Positions 1 through 7,725 of a stretch of 32,000 nt of DNA are shown piece after piece. The DNA lies in NCBI GenBank assembly GCA_963662715.1, contig OY759724.1, forward strand, positions 3,060,001-3,092,000, in the 5' to 3' direction. The position numbers and the translations under genes are program-made. How positions within the stretch are numbered: the stretch's first letter is position 1; the number at the start of each line of letters is the position of its first letter. The notes under the pieces were generated by a model. The model was not told where the DNA came from. It was given only the letters and a program-made list of their open reading frames with translations, and ran no database searches. The DNA comes from Candidatus Omnitrophota bacterium. GTDB lineage: Bacteria; Omnitrophota; Gorgyraeia; Zapsychrales; JANLHA01.

Positions 1-1
1 T

Positions 2-316
2 TCGTATAGGAATTTCAATAAACATAACATCAAAGACCCGGTGAAATTCCTACACGGTAACAAGTCCGAGCTAGAGCGAGGTAACTTTAAAGATTACGAC
101 AGAATAAAACTGTTCAATCAATGGGCAACATCAAAAGACATTACAGGCGCAGACCGTCAGGAAATATGGAAAATAGTGAGAACTACAAAAAAGCAGGATT
201 ATGTTATCACGGAAGGAAGTGAAGAGTTTATCAGGCTTTCAGAAGTTATCAGCATTTTGCATAATGAGAACATGAAGCAGTTAGGTGATATGCTATCCAA
301 GAAAAAATGTGGTTGA
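2..316 (+). CDS. Hypothetical protein, C-terminal part. The frame is open to the left window edge; the listed ORF begins at GTG 41.
   Basis: There is no stop codon in this frame from nt 2 to TGA 314-316. I recognise no family. It sits directly upstream of, and co-directional with, the HTH/recombinase pair. Confidence 0.4.
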   Translation, partial: SYRNFNKHNIKDPVKFLHGNKSELERGNFKDYDRIKLFNQWATSKDITGADRQEIWKIVRTTKKQDYVITEGSEEFIRLSEVISILHNENMKQLGDMLSKKKCG

Positions 317-348
317 CAATAACTGTAAAGCAACGTAAAGTATTTCTT

Positions 349-534
349 ATGAAAATATACACGGTTACAAAAACTGCGGAAAAACTAGGAATATCACGCC
401 AGTCGCTCCATCAATGGATTAAAAAAGGATGGGTAAAACCTAAATACGATTACAGGAATTATCCTGTATTTACTGCTGACGATATTAAAAAAATTCAGCA
501 ATGGATGGGAACACTAAAAGAATCATGCGAGTAG
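349..534 (+). CDS. MerR/excisionase-family helix-turn-helix DNA-binding protein (candidate recombination directionality factor or regulator)
   Basis: The sequence MKIYTVTKTAEKLGISRQSLHQWIKKGWVKP is a typical HTH_17/Xis-AlpA-like motif. ATG 349 is preferred over ATG 307. Its stop, TAG 532-534, overlaps the recombinase start ATG 525, which suggests translational coupling. Confidence 0.7.
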   Translation: MKIYTVTKTAEKLGISRQSLHQWIKKGWVKPKYDYRNYPVFTADDIKKIQQWMGTLKESCE

Positions 535-2174
535 CCATTTACACAAGAGTATCAACAGAAGACCAAGCCCGTGAGGGGACTTCTTTGGAGGTTCAGCGGG
601 AGTTTCTTGAGAATTACGCAAAGCATCAGGGGTGGTCTATATATTATCCGGAAAAAGGTCGGATTTACGAAGATGACGGTTATTCTGGAAATCTAAGCAG
701 ACGACCTGCTTTGAATAAACTTCTTAGCCACGCAAACCAGAAAAAATTTGATATTGTACTTGTCTATAAAATCGACCGTTTCGCAAGAAACAACAGGCTT
801 CTGCTTAATCTTGTCGAAGACCTCGACCAAAGGGGAATAGGTTTTAAATCAGCTACGGAGTCATTTGATACCGTTACTGCCGCCGGCAAAATGGCGCTGT
901 CAATGCTTGGAACGGTAGCGCAGTTTGAGCGGGACAGGATTATTGAACGGGTATTTCCGGGGATGATAAAAGGCGTGGAGCGAGGGAACTGGCAGGGTGC
1001 AAGATATTCGCCCTATGGATATTTTTATAATAAACAAAAGAAGCTTCTTGAAGTGGTGCCGGAGGAAGCAAATGTTGTAAAAATGATTTATACAATGTAT
1101 CTGTCAGGGCAAAGCACGCCGCAAATAGCAGGGTATCTTTACGATAAAAAATATAAAACCAGAAGCGGCGGGAAATTTCATACAAAACTGGTCGCAGATA
1201 TTTTAAAAAATCAGTTATATATCGGCAATCTTGTATGGAACAAGCATCATTACGATAAGACGAAAAAGACCCTCAAAGGCAATCGCTATGTTAAAAACGA
1301 TCCGGAAAAAGTTGTAATCTCTAAAGGAAAACATATACCGATAATTGACCGGGAAGATTTTGAAGCCGTACAGCAAAAGCTTGAAAAAAGCAGAAAAGGC
1401 ATGGGAAACAGAAAGGGATGTAAAGAATATCCTTTGACAGGTATCATCAAATGCGCTAAATGCGGGCATAATTTCCATGGCTCACTTCTGACAGCATCAA
1501 GGGAAAATAAAAAAACGAAACTGAAAAGAAGATATTACAGATGTTCCGGCAGAGCAACGCACAATGTTAGATGTGATAATGTTTTTGTGAAAGCAGTTGA
1601 GGTAGAGAAAGAAGTTTACAGAATCTTGGAAACAATACGGCTGGAAGATATAAATGAGGCGTTACGGACTTCAGCATCATCAAATAATATAACGGAAGCA
1701 AACGAAGAAGTGATCGACAAGATCCATGAATTGAAGATGGATTTAGCGAAGAATTTAAAAAAGCAAGAAAGGCTCGGGAAAATCTTTACTGAAGGGCTGA
1801 TTGCAATGGAAGCCTACAAGCCCCAGGTCATTCCCCTCAGAGATGAAGAGAAGGAAATAAAAGGTAAAATCAAAAAGCTTGAGCTGAACTTAATTGAAAG
1901 AGAACGTTCAGAAGAATACAAAAAATTAGTAACAGCCGTTATTGAACACATTGACGCAGTCAGGAATATGGACATCGCAGGCAAGAAAGGACTGCTGAAA
2001 ATAGTGTTTAAAAACATAATAATTGAAAATGGAAAGATAACAGATTTCGAGCTGTATCAACCGTTTAAAAAGCTATACGAAGGAGCAGCGATAAAGTGCC
2101 AAATGCAGGAAATAAAAGAACTTATGACAATTCCGGAGTGCGTGTGTACATGCGTACTTACGGATGCCAGATGA
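525..2174 (+). CDS. Large serine recombinase (resolvase/invertase catalytic domain, recombinase domain, zinc ribbon and coiled coil)
   Basis: The N-terminus MRVAIYTRVSTEDQ carries the catalytic Ser motif, followed by YKIDRFARN and GTVAQFERDRIIER. A Cys-rich zinc ribbon follows (CAKCGHNF...YYRCSG...VRC), then a Lys/Glu-rich coiled-coil region. At about 549 aa it is typical of phage or ICE serine integrases. The 3' end overlaps miaB. Confidence 0.9.
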   Translation: MRVAIYTRVSTEDQAREGTSLEVQREFLENYAKHQGWSIYYPEKGRIYEDDGYSGNLSRRPALNKLLSHANQKKFDIVLVYKIDRFARNNRLLLNLVEDLDQRGIGFKSATESFDTVTAAGKMALSMLGTVAQFERDRIIERVFPGMIKGVERGNWQGARYSPYGYFYNKQKKLLEVVPEEANVVKMIYTMYLSGQSTPQIAGYLYDKKYKTRSGGKFHTKLVADILKNQLYIGNLVWNKHHYDKTKKTLKGNRYVKNDPEKVVISKGKHIPIIDREDFEAVQQKLEKSRKGMGNRKGCKEYPLTGIIKCAKCGHNFHGSLLTASRENKKTKLKRRYYRCSGRATHNVRCDNVFVKAVEVEKEVYRILETIRLEDINEALRTSASSNNITEANEEVIDKIHELKMDLAKNLKKQERLGKIFTEGLIAMEAYKPQVIPLRDEEKEIKGKIKKLELNLIERERSEEYKKLVTAVIEHIDAVRNMDIAGKKGLLKIVFKNIIIENGKITDFELYQPFKKLYEGAAIKCQMQEIKELMTIPECVCTCVLTDAR

Positions 2175-3451
2175 ATGAATATGACTCGGAACTGATCCGT
2201 TCTATTCTGATTCAGGAAGGCTATTCCTTTGTCGAATCCGCGGAAGACGCGGAGATCATTCTCTTAAATACCTGTTCTGTCCGGGAAAACGCCCACCGCA
2301 AAGTCATCGGGCACATCCACGCCCTGCAGCATTCTTTAAAAGAACGCCCTTTCTTGTTGGGCATATTGGGCTGCATGGCCGTTAACCTGAAGGACGATTT
2401 GCTGAACGACCCTTCATTAAACATCAACTTCGTTATCGGGCCGGACGGGTACCGCCGCCTGCCGGATATCATTTCCCGGACATCTTCCCGGCATAATAAA
2501 GCGGAAGACACATGCCTCTCGGGACTGGAAACCTATACGGGCATTTCTCCCAGCAGAATCAGCCAGGTGAATGCCTGGGTGGCTGTCATGCGCGGATGCA
2601 ACAATTTCTGCACATTCTGCATTGTTCCTTACACCAGAGGGAGGGAAAGAAGCCGGCCCAAACAGGACATCCTCCAAGAAATCCAGAATCTCGTTGCCCG
2701 GGGCTATAAACAGGTGACTTTGCTGGGACAGAATGTCAACTCGTATCAAGACTCCCGGACAGACTTTGCCGACCTGTTGGAAGCTGTCAGCGAAGTGCCG
2801 GGGCTTGAACGGATCCGGTTTATGTCGCCCCATCCCAAAGACTTTCTGGACCGGGTCATAGATGTTGTCGCACACAACCCAAAAGTATGTGAACATCTCC
2901 ACTTGCCGCTTCAGGCAGGGAACTCCCGGGTGCTTCAGCTCATGAACCGGACATACGACCAGGAACAATTCTTGAAGTTAGTGGATAAGATCCGCAACGC
3001 CTGCCCTGATGTGGCTTTAACCACAGATGTTATCGTTGGATTTCCAACGGAAACCGCAGAAGAATTCGAAGATACGGTAAAAGTGATGCGGCAGGTGGAA
3101 TTTGATGCGGCTTTCATTTTCAAATACTCTCCCCGCAAGGGGACCATAGCTCAAAAAAAGTATCCGGACGATGTGCCGGAGGAAGAAAAAACCCGGAGGA
3201 TTGTTCATCTGAACGAACTGCAAAAAGACATATCATTACGCAAAAATCAACAGTTGGTCGGTACGGTACAGGATGTCCTTATTGAAGATCTTCATTCCCA
3301 GCGTTCGCAAAACGATATCCAGGGCCGGACCCGGGGAAACAAACTGGTGATTGTTTCTGATTCCCGGTCGCTGATGGGAGAGACTTTGCGGGTAAAGATA
3401 TCTGATGCCAGCCCGCATGTTTTGAAAGGTCAGCTTGAGGCCAGCCAATAA
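2138..3451 (+). CDS. miaB: tRNA-2-methylthio-N6-dimethylallyladenosine synthase MiaB (radical SAM methylthiotransferase)
   Basis: It has the N-terminal TYGCQMNEYDSE and LNTCSVRE motifs, the radical-SAM CNNFCTFCIVPYTRG motif and a C-terminal TRAM-like domain. The start is ambiguous: GTG 2096, GTG 2138, GTG 2144 or ATG 2150. I chose 2138 because MiaB homologues usually have about 5-8 residues before TYGCQMN. Confidence 0.9.
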   Translation: MRVYMRTYGCQMNEYDSELIRSILIQEGYSFVESAEDAEIILLNTCSVRENAHRKVIGHIHALQHSLKERPFLLGILGCMAVNLKDDLLNDPSLNINFVIGPDGYRRLPDIISRTSSRHNKAEDTCLSGLETYTGISPSRISQVNAWVAVMRGCNNFCTFCIVPYTRGRERSRPKQDILQEIQNLVARGYKQVTLLGQNVNSYQDSRTDFADLLEAVSEVPGLERIRFMSPHPKDFLDRVIDVVAHNPKVCEHLHLPLQAGNSRVLQLMNRTYDQEQFLKLVDKIRNACPDVALTTDVIVGFPTETAEEFEDTVKVMRQVEFDAAFIFKYSPRKGTIAQKKYPDDVPEEEKTRRIVHLNELQKDISLRKNQQLVGTVQDVLIEDLHSQRSQNDIQGRTRGNKLVIVSDSRSLMGETLRVKISDASPHVLKGQLEASQ

Positions 3452-3498
3452 CCTGATATTTAGCACAGGATGTATTATTGCAGAAGGGGAAAAGGGAC

Positions 3499-4200
3499 CT
3501 ACGTGTTTTGTCTTCTGAAGATCGTTCCAATAAGGCCAAAGCCAAATAATAATATGCTTGCTGGCTCAGGGACAACCGGAGACTCGTATTCTAATTGCAA
3601 ATACGGACTATAACCTTCGAGTCCGTCTTTTGTAATACCTCCTATTGTTGCGTTTGCGGTCATAGATTCTGCGATCGCTAACATTAAACTTAATTGATCG
3701 TCTGAATCCAGAAGTTGGTCATTCGCTTCAGCAGGAATTCCGCCGGCAAATAAATCCCAATGCAGCCAGGAAGCCGTGCGGGGATACGTTTGGGTATCTA
3801 AAACTCCTGAATCCGGGCCGGGGGCATTCTGCCATGTTATGGTTGATTCCTGCCACGAGTCATCTGACACAAAAAAAACTGAAGATTGTATGTCTTGACC
3901 ACCGCCGGCAGAATAGGTTTGTATGTATGCGTAAAAATCCGCGCCTATTAAATTAGCTCCATTGGGAATACTGCTTAAATCAAATTTAAAATACGCATAC
4001 TCCAAAATGTGTGTCGTTGTCGTCGATTGATCCATAATTTCAAACCCGCCTGTACCTCCATGATTATCAGTCGGAAAAAAACTGCTTGTGTACGAATCTT
4101 CTACAGCAACTAAATTGACAATCGTTGAAGCTGACACTGTAGAAGCCGGCACGCCCCAAAAGCTTAGAAAGAACAAAAATCCAGTAATTAATTTTTTCAT
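3499..4200 (-). CDS. Secreted PEP-CTERM sorting-domain protein with a DNRLRE/CBM96-like body
   Basis: It has an N-terminal signal peptide (MKKLITGFLFFLSFWGVPASTVSA). The C-terminal VPEPASILLFGFGLIGTIFRRQ gives the PEP motif, a TM helix and a basic tail. The central YAYFKFDLSSIP...DDSWQESTITWQNAPGP resembles DNRLRE-type carbohydrate-binding domains. An AAGGA RBS lies 6 nt upstream of ATG 4200. Confidence 0.85.
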   Translation of the reverse strand: MKKLITGFLFFLSFWGVPASTVSASTIVNLVAVEDSYTSSFFPTDNHGGTGGFEIMDQSTTTTHILEYAYFKFDLSSIPNGANLIGADFYAYIQTYSAGGGQDIQSSVFFVSDDSWQESTITWQNAPGPDSGVLDTQTYPRTASWLHWDLFAGGIPAEANDQLLDSDDQLSLMLAIAESMTANATIGGITKDGLEGYSPYLQLEYESPVVPEPASILLFGFGLIGTIFRRQNT

Positions 4201-4522
4201 GTCTTTTCCTTAAATGTTGAATATTGATTTCATTATTTAATTTAGTTCGAGTTTAATAATTATATATATTAATTTTTAAAGCGTCAACGTGACAGTACTG
4301 GTCAAACATGGACAACCCAAACAAATCAGAAAATGAATAACTTAAACACAAATATATGATTTCAGTAATTGAAAACGTCCTTTACTCCTTAAATACGAGA
4401 ATATTTCGAAGTAACAGGGGCAGACATCTTGAATCAGGACTCAAACCAGATTTAAAAATAATAAAAAAATTAACTGACATCATTGGCTAAATAAGAATTT
4501 GCTGTGCACTTCATATCCGGGC

Positions 4523-4551
4523 TTGATTTTCAACTCATTTTGAGCTATATT
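4523..4551 (+). promoter_or_regulatory. Candidate sigma70-type promoter for nadA
   Basis: TTGATT (4523-4528), a 17-nt spacer, then TATATT (4546-4551), about 58 nt upstream of ATG 4610. Pattern match only. Confidence 0.3.
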
Positions 4552-4609
4552 GCTCATTTAAACAGGACGTTGATATTTAAAAATCAGCCTTTGATACAAA
4601 AAGTTTTTT

Positions 4610-5641
4610 ATGACAGTCCCCAAACAATTAACTCCGGAAGAGCTTTATCATATTCTTAAAAATGTGAAGCTGGGCGCTTTTGTCTGCCAATACTCCCTCA
4701 AAAAATGCGAAGAGCTTACGCCTTTGATCAATGAAATCAACGCATTAAAAGTGCAGATGGACGCCGTCATTCTTGCGCACACCTACGTTGTTCCCGAAAT
4801 ACTCTACGGGGTGGCCGACTTTGTGGGGGATTCCTATGCTTTGAGTAAAGATGCCATGCAGACGAAAGCTAAAAGAATCATCTTTGCCGCTGTGAAATTC
4901 ATGGGAGAAACAGCCCAAATTCTTAATCCCGACAAAGAGGTCCTTCTTCCTGCGAAGGACGGAGGGTGCACCCTGGCCGACGCGATCAATGCCGAGCAGG
5001 TCCGTCAACTGCGCAAGGAGTTTCCCGGATACACTTTTGTCTGCTATATCAATACGACCGCGGATGTCAAAGCTGAATGCGATGTCTGTGTGACCTCGGC
5101 CAATGTCTGTGATATTGTCCAAAGGATTCCCCAGGAGAAAATTTATTTTCTGCCAGATAAATATATGGGGCAGAATCTTATCTATGAAATGGAACGAAGA
5201 GGGGTTAAGAAAGATATCCGTTTTTTTACCGGGACGTGCGATGTCCATAAAGAATATTCCTTAGAGCAGGTCGACAAAGTCCGCCTTGAGTATCCGGAGG
5301 CAAAAATTGTCAGCCACCCGGAATGCAAACCCGAAGTCTGCGAGGCCTCTGATTATGTCGGCAGCACATCCCAGATGCTGCAGTATATGCGTAAAACCGA
5401 ATCAACGCAATTCTTAATGCTCACCGAATGCGGTTTATCCTCCAGGCTGGAAGTCGAATTTCCGCAGAAACAGTTTGTGGGATCCTGCACCTTGTGCGAT
5501 TTCATGAAATCCAATGATTTACACGATATCAAACGTGTCCTTACTGCGCCAACAGATAAGGACCGTATCTTTGTCCCTCCCGACATCCGGGAAAAAGCGA
5601 AAAGATGCATAGAAGCGATGTTTCTCTACGCGCAAAAATAA
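4610..5641 (+). CDS. nadA: Quinolinate synthase NadA
   Basis: NadA-typical blocks are present: ILAHTYVVPEI..ADFVGDSYALS, IFAAVKFMGETAQILNP, GCTLAD, VCYINTTADVKA, VTSAN and HPEC. Confidence 0.9.
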   Translation: MTVPKQLTPEELYHILKNVKLGAFVCQYSLKKCEELTPLINEINALKVQMDAVILAHTYVVPEILYGVADFVGDSYALSKDAMQTKAKRIIFAAVKFMGETAQILNPDKEVLLPAKDGGCTLADAINAEQVRQLRKEFPGYTFVCYINTTADVKAECDVCVTSANVCDIVQRIPQEKIYFLPDKYMGQNLIYEMERRGVKKDIRFFTGTCDVHKEYSLEQVDKVRLEYPEAKIVSHPECKPEVCEASDYVGSTSQMLQYMRKTESTQFLMLTECGLSSRLEVEFPQKQFVGSCTLCDFMKSNDLHDIKRVLTAPTDKDRIFVPPDIREKAKRCIEAMFLYAQK

Positions 5642-5692
5642 TTCTTCCTTCCGCGTCTGATCACTGTCCCAGCCTGAAAACCATTGAATAAA

Positions 5693-5740
5693 TTGACATC
5701 AGTTCCCGCCTATGTTAAGATTTTCGATACTTGATAATAT
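5693..5740 (+). promoter_or_regulatory. Candidate promoter region for metX-metW
   Basis: There are two alternatives. One is TTGACA (5693-5698), 17 nt, then TAAGAT (5716-5721). The other is an extended -10, TGATAATAT (5732-5740), only about 15 nt before ATG 5756. No Shine-Dalgarno sequence is visible, and the leader is too short for a riboswitch. Confidence 0.25.
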
Positions 5741-5755
5741 TAAAAAAATAAAGTC

Positions 5756-6895
5756 ATGAAAACAAACCAGTTAGGAATCGTCGAGACAAAATTCTATAAG
5801 CTCGGGGCCTGTCCGCATGAGTTGCAACTGAAAAGCGGGGCAACGCTGGGCCCGGTCACCTTGGCCTATGAAACATACGGGACATTGAACGAAGAGAAAA
5901 CAAACGCGATCCTCATCTGCCACGCGCTCACCGGGGATGCTCATGCCGCGGGTTTTCACGCAGATGATAAGAAACCCGGGTGGTGGGACAAGATGATCGG
6001 TCCGGGGAAATCCTTTGATACGAATAAATACTTCGTGGTGTGCTCCAACGTTATCGGCTCTTGCAAGGGCAGTACCGGCCCCAGTTCTATCAACCCGCAA
6101 ACCGGCAACCCCTACGGGCTGAGCTTTCCGGTCATCACCATCGAAGATATGGTGCACGCCCAGAAATACCTTGTAGAAAATCTGGGGATAAAGAAACTAT
6201 TAGCCGTCGCCGGCGGTTCGATGGGGGGGATGCAATGTTTGACCTGGGCGGTCCTTTACCCGGAGATGGTTCATTCCGTTATTCCCATTGCGACAAACTA
6301 CCGGCATTCAGCCCAGCAGATTGCTTTTCACGAGGTAGGGCGGCAGGCGATCATGTCTGACCCGGACTGGCAGGACGGGGATTATTACGGAAAGACGATT
6401 CCCTCCCGAGGACTGGCCCTTTCGCGTATGGTCGGGCATATCACGTATATGAGCGAAAAGTCCATGGAGGAAAAGTTCGGGCGTAAATTATTCAGCAGGG
6501 AACGCGTCGGTTATGATTTCTCGGTCGATTTCGAGGTCGGCAACTATTTGAGGTACCGGGGAGACAGTTTTGTCCAGCGGTTTGACGCGAATTCCTACCT
6601 GTATATCACCAAAGCCCTGGATTATTTTGACTTGACCGAGGAAAAAAGTCTTGTTGAGATATTTAAAGATATTCAATCGAAATTCCTGGTGATCTCTTTC
6701 ACGTCTGACTGGCTTTACCCTCCGCACCAGTCGGAAGAAATTGTACGGGCCCTAAAGATCAACGACGTCGACGTGTCCTATATCGCCATCAATTCCTCTT
6801 ACGGACACGACGCTTTTCTGGTGGAGAATACCGGACAGGCCCATATGATCGTGCATTTTCTGGCCCGGATGCTTAACGAAGTGAGTAACCCTTAA
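5756..6895 (+). CDS. metX: Homoserine O-acetyltransferase MetX
   Basis: It is an alpha/beta-hydrolase with the MetX blocks [22 protein letters not shown] (nucleophile elbow) and SDWLYP...GHDAFL. It is followed by metW. Confidence 0.9.
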   Translation: MKTNQLGIVETKFYKLGACPHELQLKSGATLGPVTLAYETYGTLNEEKTNAILICHALTGDAHAAGFHADDKKPGWWDKMIGPGKSFDTNKYFVVCSNVIGSCKGSTGPSSINPQTGNPYGLSFPVITIEDMVHAQKYLVENLGIKKLLAVAGGSMGGMQCLTWAVLYPEMVHSVIPIATNYRHSAQQIAFHEVGRQAIMSDPDWQDGDYYGKTIPSRGLALSRMVGHITYMSEKSMEEKFGRKLFSRERVGYDFSVDFEVGNYLRYRGDSFVQRFDANSYLYITKALDYFDLTEEKSLVEIFKDIQSKFLVISFTSDWLYPPHQSEEIVRALKINDVDVSYIAINSSYGHDAFLVENTGQAHMIVHFLARMLNEVSNP

Positions 6896-6910
6896 AAAAA
6901 GAGCGCTCCT

Positions 6911-7510
6911 ATGACACCACCGCAATCTGAAATAAGACTGGATTACAAAGTCATCCTGCAGCTCGTTGAACCGCAGGCCCGCGTCCTCGACCTGGGATGC
7001 GGGGACGGGGAACTGCTTTACCATCTGATTCACCAGAAACAATGCTCCGGAACAGGCATTGAGATAGATGAAAAAGCCATTTATCAATGTATTGAAAAAG
7101 GCCTTACGGTTTCTCACAGCGATATCAAGACAGGGCTGAAGGATTTTTCGGACAAACGCTTCGATTATGTTATCCTGAACGAAAGTCTACAGCAGGTGCT
7201 GGACCTGCAGACCACGATTCTCGCGGCCTTGCGTGTGGGGAAAAACGTTATTGTGGGTATCCCTAATTTCTGTCATATTTCTGCCAGGATACAGATCTTT
7301 TTCCGGGGGAAAGTGCCGGTCACGCCCGAACTTCCGTATGAATGGTATAATACGCCTAACCTGCGTTTTTTCAGTTTAAAGGACTTCCGGATTTTCTGTA
7401 AGAAGAATAATATCCAAATTGTGAAAGAACGGGGGATAGGACGGGAAAAAGAAGTCAATTTTCTGCCCAACCTGTTCGCCCATATCGGAATTTTTCTGCT
7501 AAAACAATAA
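6911..7510 (+). CDS. metW: Methionine biosynthesis protein MetW
   Basis: It has the DLGCGDGELL methyltransferase-like motif and the MetW C-terminal block IPNFCHISARIQIFFRGKVPVT..PYEWYNTPN. Position after metX is canonical. Confidence 0.85.
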   Translation: MTPPQSEIRLDYKVILQLVEPQARVLDLGCGDGELLYHLIHQKQCSGTGIEIDEKAIYQCIEKGLTVSHSDIKTGLKDFSDKRFDYVILNESLQQVLDLQTTILAALRVGKNVIVGIPNFCHISARIQIFFRGKVPVTPELPYEWYNTPNLRFFSLKDFRIFCKKNNIQIVKERGIGREKEVNFLPNLFAHIGIFLLKQ

Positions 7511-7533
7511 CATCGCCCCAAGAGAGGAATATC

Positions 7534-7713
7534 ATGCCCTACATCAATCTAAAACTCGTCGGGACTTTAACAAAAGAGCAAAAGGAAAAAATCGCCAAAG
7601 AGTTTTCCGAAACCCTCGAGAAAGTCGCGAACAAACCCAAAGAGCACACCTATCTTGTTATTGATGAAGTCCCCGGGCAGAATTGGGCCAAAGGAGACAA
7701 ATTTTTCGTCTGA
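7534..7713 (+). CDS. 4-oxalocrotonate tautomerase family protein (59 aa), absent from the supplied ORF track
   Basis: My translation is MPYINLKLVGTLTKEQKEKIAKEFSETLEKVANKPKEHTYLVIDEVPGQNWAKGDKFFV. It shows the Pro-1 after Met, the beta-alpha-beta length and the ...W..GG/D... tail typical of the 4-OT family. A GAGAGGA RBS ends 5 nt before the ATG. The ORF fills the metW-lhgO gap exactly. Confidence 0.7.
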   Translation: MPYINLKLVGTLTKEQKEKIAKEFSETLEKVANKPKEHTYLVIDEVPGQNWAKGDKFFV

Positions 7714-7725
7714 GGGAGAACGAGC

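Larger units (their letters stand above)
1..2140. mobile_element. Right-hand end of an integrated mobile element (prophage, ICE or genomic island class); only its recombination module lies in the window
   Basis: A partial ORF, an HTH excisionase-like gene and a large serine recombinase are co-directional and overlapping. The region is clearly A+T-enriched relative to the adjacent miaB (16/60 G+C in 1981-2040 versus 34/60 in 2281-2340). The right boundary is placed only from the composition break near 2090-2150. The left end is outside the window. Confidence 0.5.

Noticed and set aside
2141-2154. An imperfect dyad, cgtgTGTACAtgcg, at the recombinase/miaB overlap, considered as a possible att core.
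   Set aside because: The dyad is short and centred on a palindromic TA. Serine-integrase cores need an asymmetric central dinucleotide for directionality. The dyad also lies in conserved miaB coding sequence. It cannot be called an att site without the partner junction.
2417-2968. Long antisense ORFs inside well-supported genes: 183 aa in miaB, 167 aa at 4745-5248 in nadA, 163 aa at 10958-11449 in sufB and 178 aa at 25600-26136 in fabF.
   Set aside because: Each lies entirely opposite a gene with unmistakable family motifs. Each also has a low-complexity, Arg/Pro/Gly-rich composition typical of shadow frames. No RBS or family resemblance is visible.
4356-4490. A 44-aa ORF (MISVIENVLYSLNTRIF...) in the A+T-rich spacer between the PEP-CTERM gene and nadA.
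   Set aside because: It has no Shine-Dalgarno sequence and no recognisable motif, and ORFs of this length are expected by chance. The spacer is kept as an unexplained region in a finding instead.
4484-4502. A possible sigma54 -24/-12 element (TGGC ... TTGC) in the PEP-CTERM/nadA spacer.
   Set aside because: The two elements are 15 nt apart start to start, not the roughly 11 nt of the TGGCAC-N5-TTGC consensus. The orientation points towards nadA rather than the PEP-CTERM gene.
5642-5755. A SAM or other riboswitch upstream of metX.
   Set aside because: Only 114 nt separate nadA from metX, and promoter-like hexamers occupy 5693-5740. That leaves a leader far too short for a riboswitch aptamer, and no conserved SAM-box helices are seen.
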